64,000 nt of DNA. Source: an uncultured delta proteobacterium. Lineage in GTDB: Bacteria > Myxococcota_A > UBA9160 > SZUA-336. Every line of letters starts with the position of its first letter. The stretch's first letter is position 1. The DNA lies in assembly GCA_963704165.1 (NCBI GenBank), contig CAVPHD010000004.1, positions 160,001-224,000 of the forward strand. Direction: 5' to 3'. Below are positions 62,867 to 64,000 of the stretch, piece after piece. The translations under genes were made by a program, and so were the position numbers. The notes beneath the pieces are model-generated. The model saw nothing but the letters and a program-made list of their open reading frames with translations, was not told the origin of the DNA and made no database searches.

Positions 62867-64000
62867 GGCGGGCCGCGCTCGCGGCGCTCGTCGCCGTGCT
62901 CTCGATCGCTTCCGTCGTCCACGGCTCGGGCGTCGGCTCGCGCGTCTTCGTCGTCGAGCGTTCCTCCGGAACTCTCGCCGTCTACGACCTCGATCAGCGC
63001 GCTCTTCTTCCCGGTCGGATCGAGGGGCTCGGCGACCTCAGTCACGCGACCATGACGTTCACGCCCGATCTGCGCTCGGGATTCCTCGCGACCCGCGGCG
63101 GCAAGGTGACGCGGATCGACCTCGAGACCGCGAAGGCCGCGGGTGAAGTGTTGACGTCGCAGAACTCGATCGACAACGCGATCAGTCAGGACGGACGCTA
63201 TCTCGCCGTCGCCGAGTACAAGCCCGGCGGCGTCACGATCCTCGACGCACGCGACCTCAGCGTGGTTGCAAAGCATGCGGCGAAGTTCGAGCGAGACGGC
63301 CGCACGCTCGAGAGCCGCGTGACCGGGATCGTCGACGCTCCCGGCAACCGCTTCGTATGCGTGCTCATCGAAGCGGGCGAGATCTGGGTGATCGACGCAT
63401 CGAAGCCGGGATTCCCGATCGAACGTCGCATCCCGACACCGCACGCCATGCCGTACGACGCGATGATCACGCCCGATGGCCGGAACTACCTCGTCGGCCA
63501 TCTCGAATCGGCGAAGGTCTCCGTGCTCGACCTCACCCGGCCCGAGGCCGGAGTTCGCGTGATCGACTTCGCCGACCCGAGCTTCGAGCGCGGCGCGCCG
63601 GTCAAGCTGCCGCACATGGCGTCGTGGGCGGTCGCGGGCGATCGGGTCTTCGTTCCGCTCGTCGGCGAGAAGAGGCTCGCGGTACTCGACCGCGCGACGC
63701 TCGCCTTCCAGAGTTCGCTCGCCGTGCGCGGGCATCCGGTGTACGCGGTCCGTTCGCCGACGGAGCGTGAGGTCTGGGTGAGCTTCTCTGGCGAGGAAGA
63801 CGACGCGTTCGTTCAGGTCATCGACGTCGAATCACTCGCGATCAAGGACACGATTCGCCTTGGAGGTCGTATCTACCACATGGACTTCACGCCGCGCGGA
63901 TCGCACGTGCTCGTCACGGCCAATCGCGACAACAAGCTGATCCTCGTGAACGCCGCGACGCGTGAGATCGAAGACGTCGAAGAGCTCGCCTCTCCGTCGG
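62863..64000 (+). CDS. nirF: Heme d1 biosynthesis protein NirF (runs off the window end; absent from the ORF track)
   Basis: ATG at 62863 overlaps the nirJ stop. VVER..G, GLGDLSHAT, NSI..AISQDGR, Y.PGGV, SRVTG.VDAPG, PYDAMITPDGR.Y, KLPHM..W, GHPVY, VWVSF and HMDFTPRG. Confidence 0.9.
   Translation, partial: MRRAALAALVAVLSIASVVHGSGVGSRVFVVERSSGTLAVYDLDQRALLPGRIEGLGDLSHATMTFTPDLRSGFLATRGGKVTRIDLETAKAAGEVLTSQNSIDNAISQDGRYLAVAEYKPGGVTILDARDLSVVAKHAAKFERDGRTLESRVTGIVDAPGNRFVCVLIEAGEIWVIDASKPGFPIERRIPTPHAMPYDAMITPDGRNYLVGHLESAKVSVLDLTRPEAGVRVIDFADPSFERGAPVKLPHMASWAVAGDRVFVPLVGEKRLAVLDRATLAFQSSLAVRGHPVYAVRSPTEREVWVSFSGEEDDAFVQVIDVESLAIKDTIRLGGRIYHMDFTPRGSHVLVTANRDNKLILVNAATREIEDVEELASPS

Overview
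High-GC bacterial window. The gene content suggests a Myxococcota/deltaproteobacterial-type host, but this is inference. Many genes carry single-base indels in patches, which look like long-read consensus errors. Left (1-26.5 kb): two paralogous giant repeat-rich surface proteins flanking a decayed CPBP protease and a PASTA protein, then a thioesterase, a PBP, a LolA-like protein, an MMPL-cNMP fusion, pntAB/pntB, pit/DUF47 and a secreted HEXXH protein. Right (26.5-64 kb): a nitrogen-oxide respiration island. It holds a clade II nos cluster (cyt c-nosZ-D-F-L-Y-B), a quinohemoprotein alcohol dehydrogenase, a hidden UGA/SECIS selenoprotein, an oxygenase block (TetR, Baeyer-Villiger monooxygenase, P450), a Cys-rich LuxR regulator, nirS with multiheme cytochromes and an NrfCD-like module, and heme d1 genes (nirN, nirJ, nirF). 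Main result: the qNor-family gene at 46608-48931 is not a canonical NO reductase. It has the substitutions characteristic of the putative nitric oxide dismutase Nod (HMWVEVTFE, His-Asn 'SHNFYW', 'STLQV', lost quinol site). It lies between O2-requiring oxygenases and the NO-producing nirS, which suggests a candidate oxygenic-denitrification system that supplies oxygenases under anoxia.
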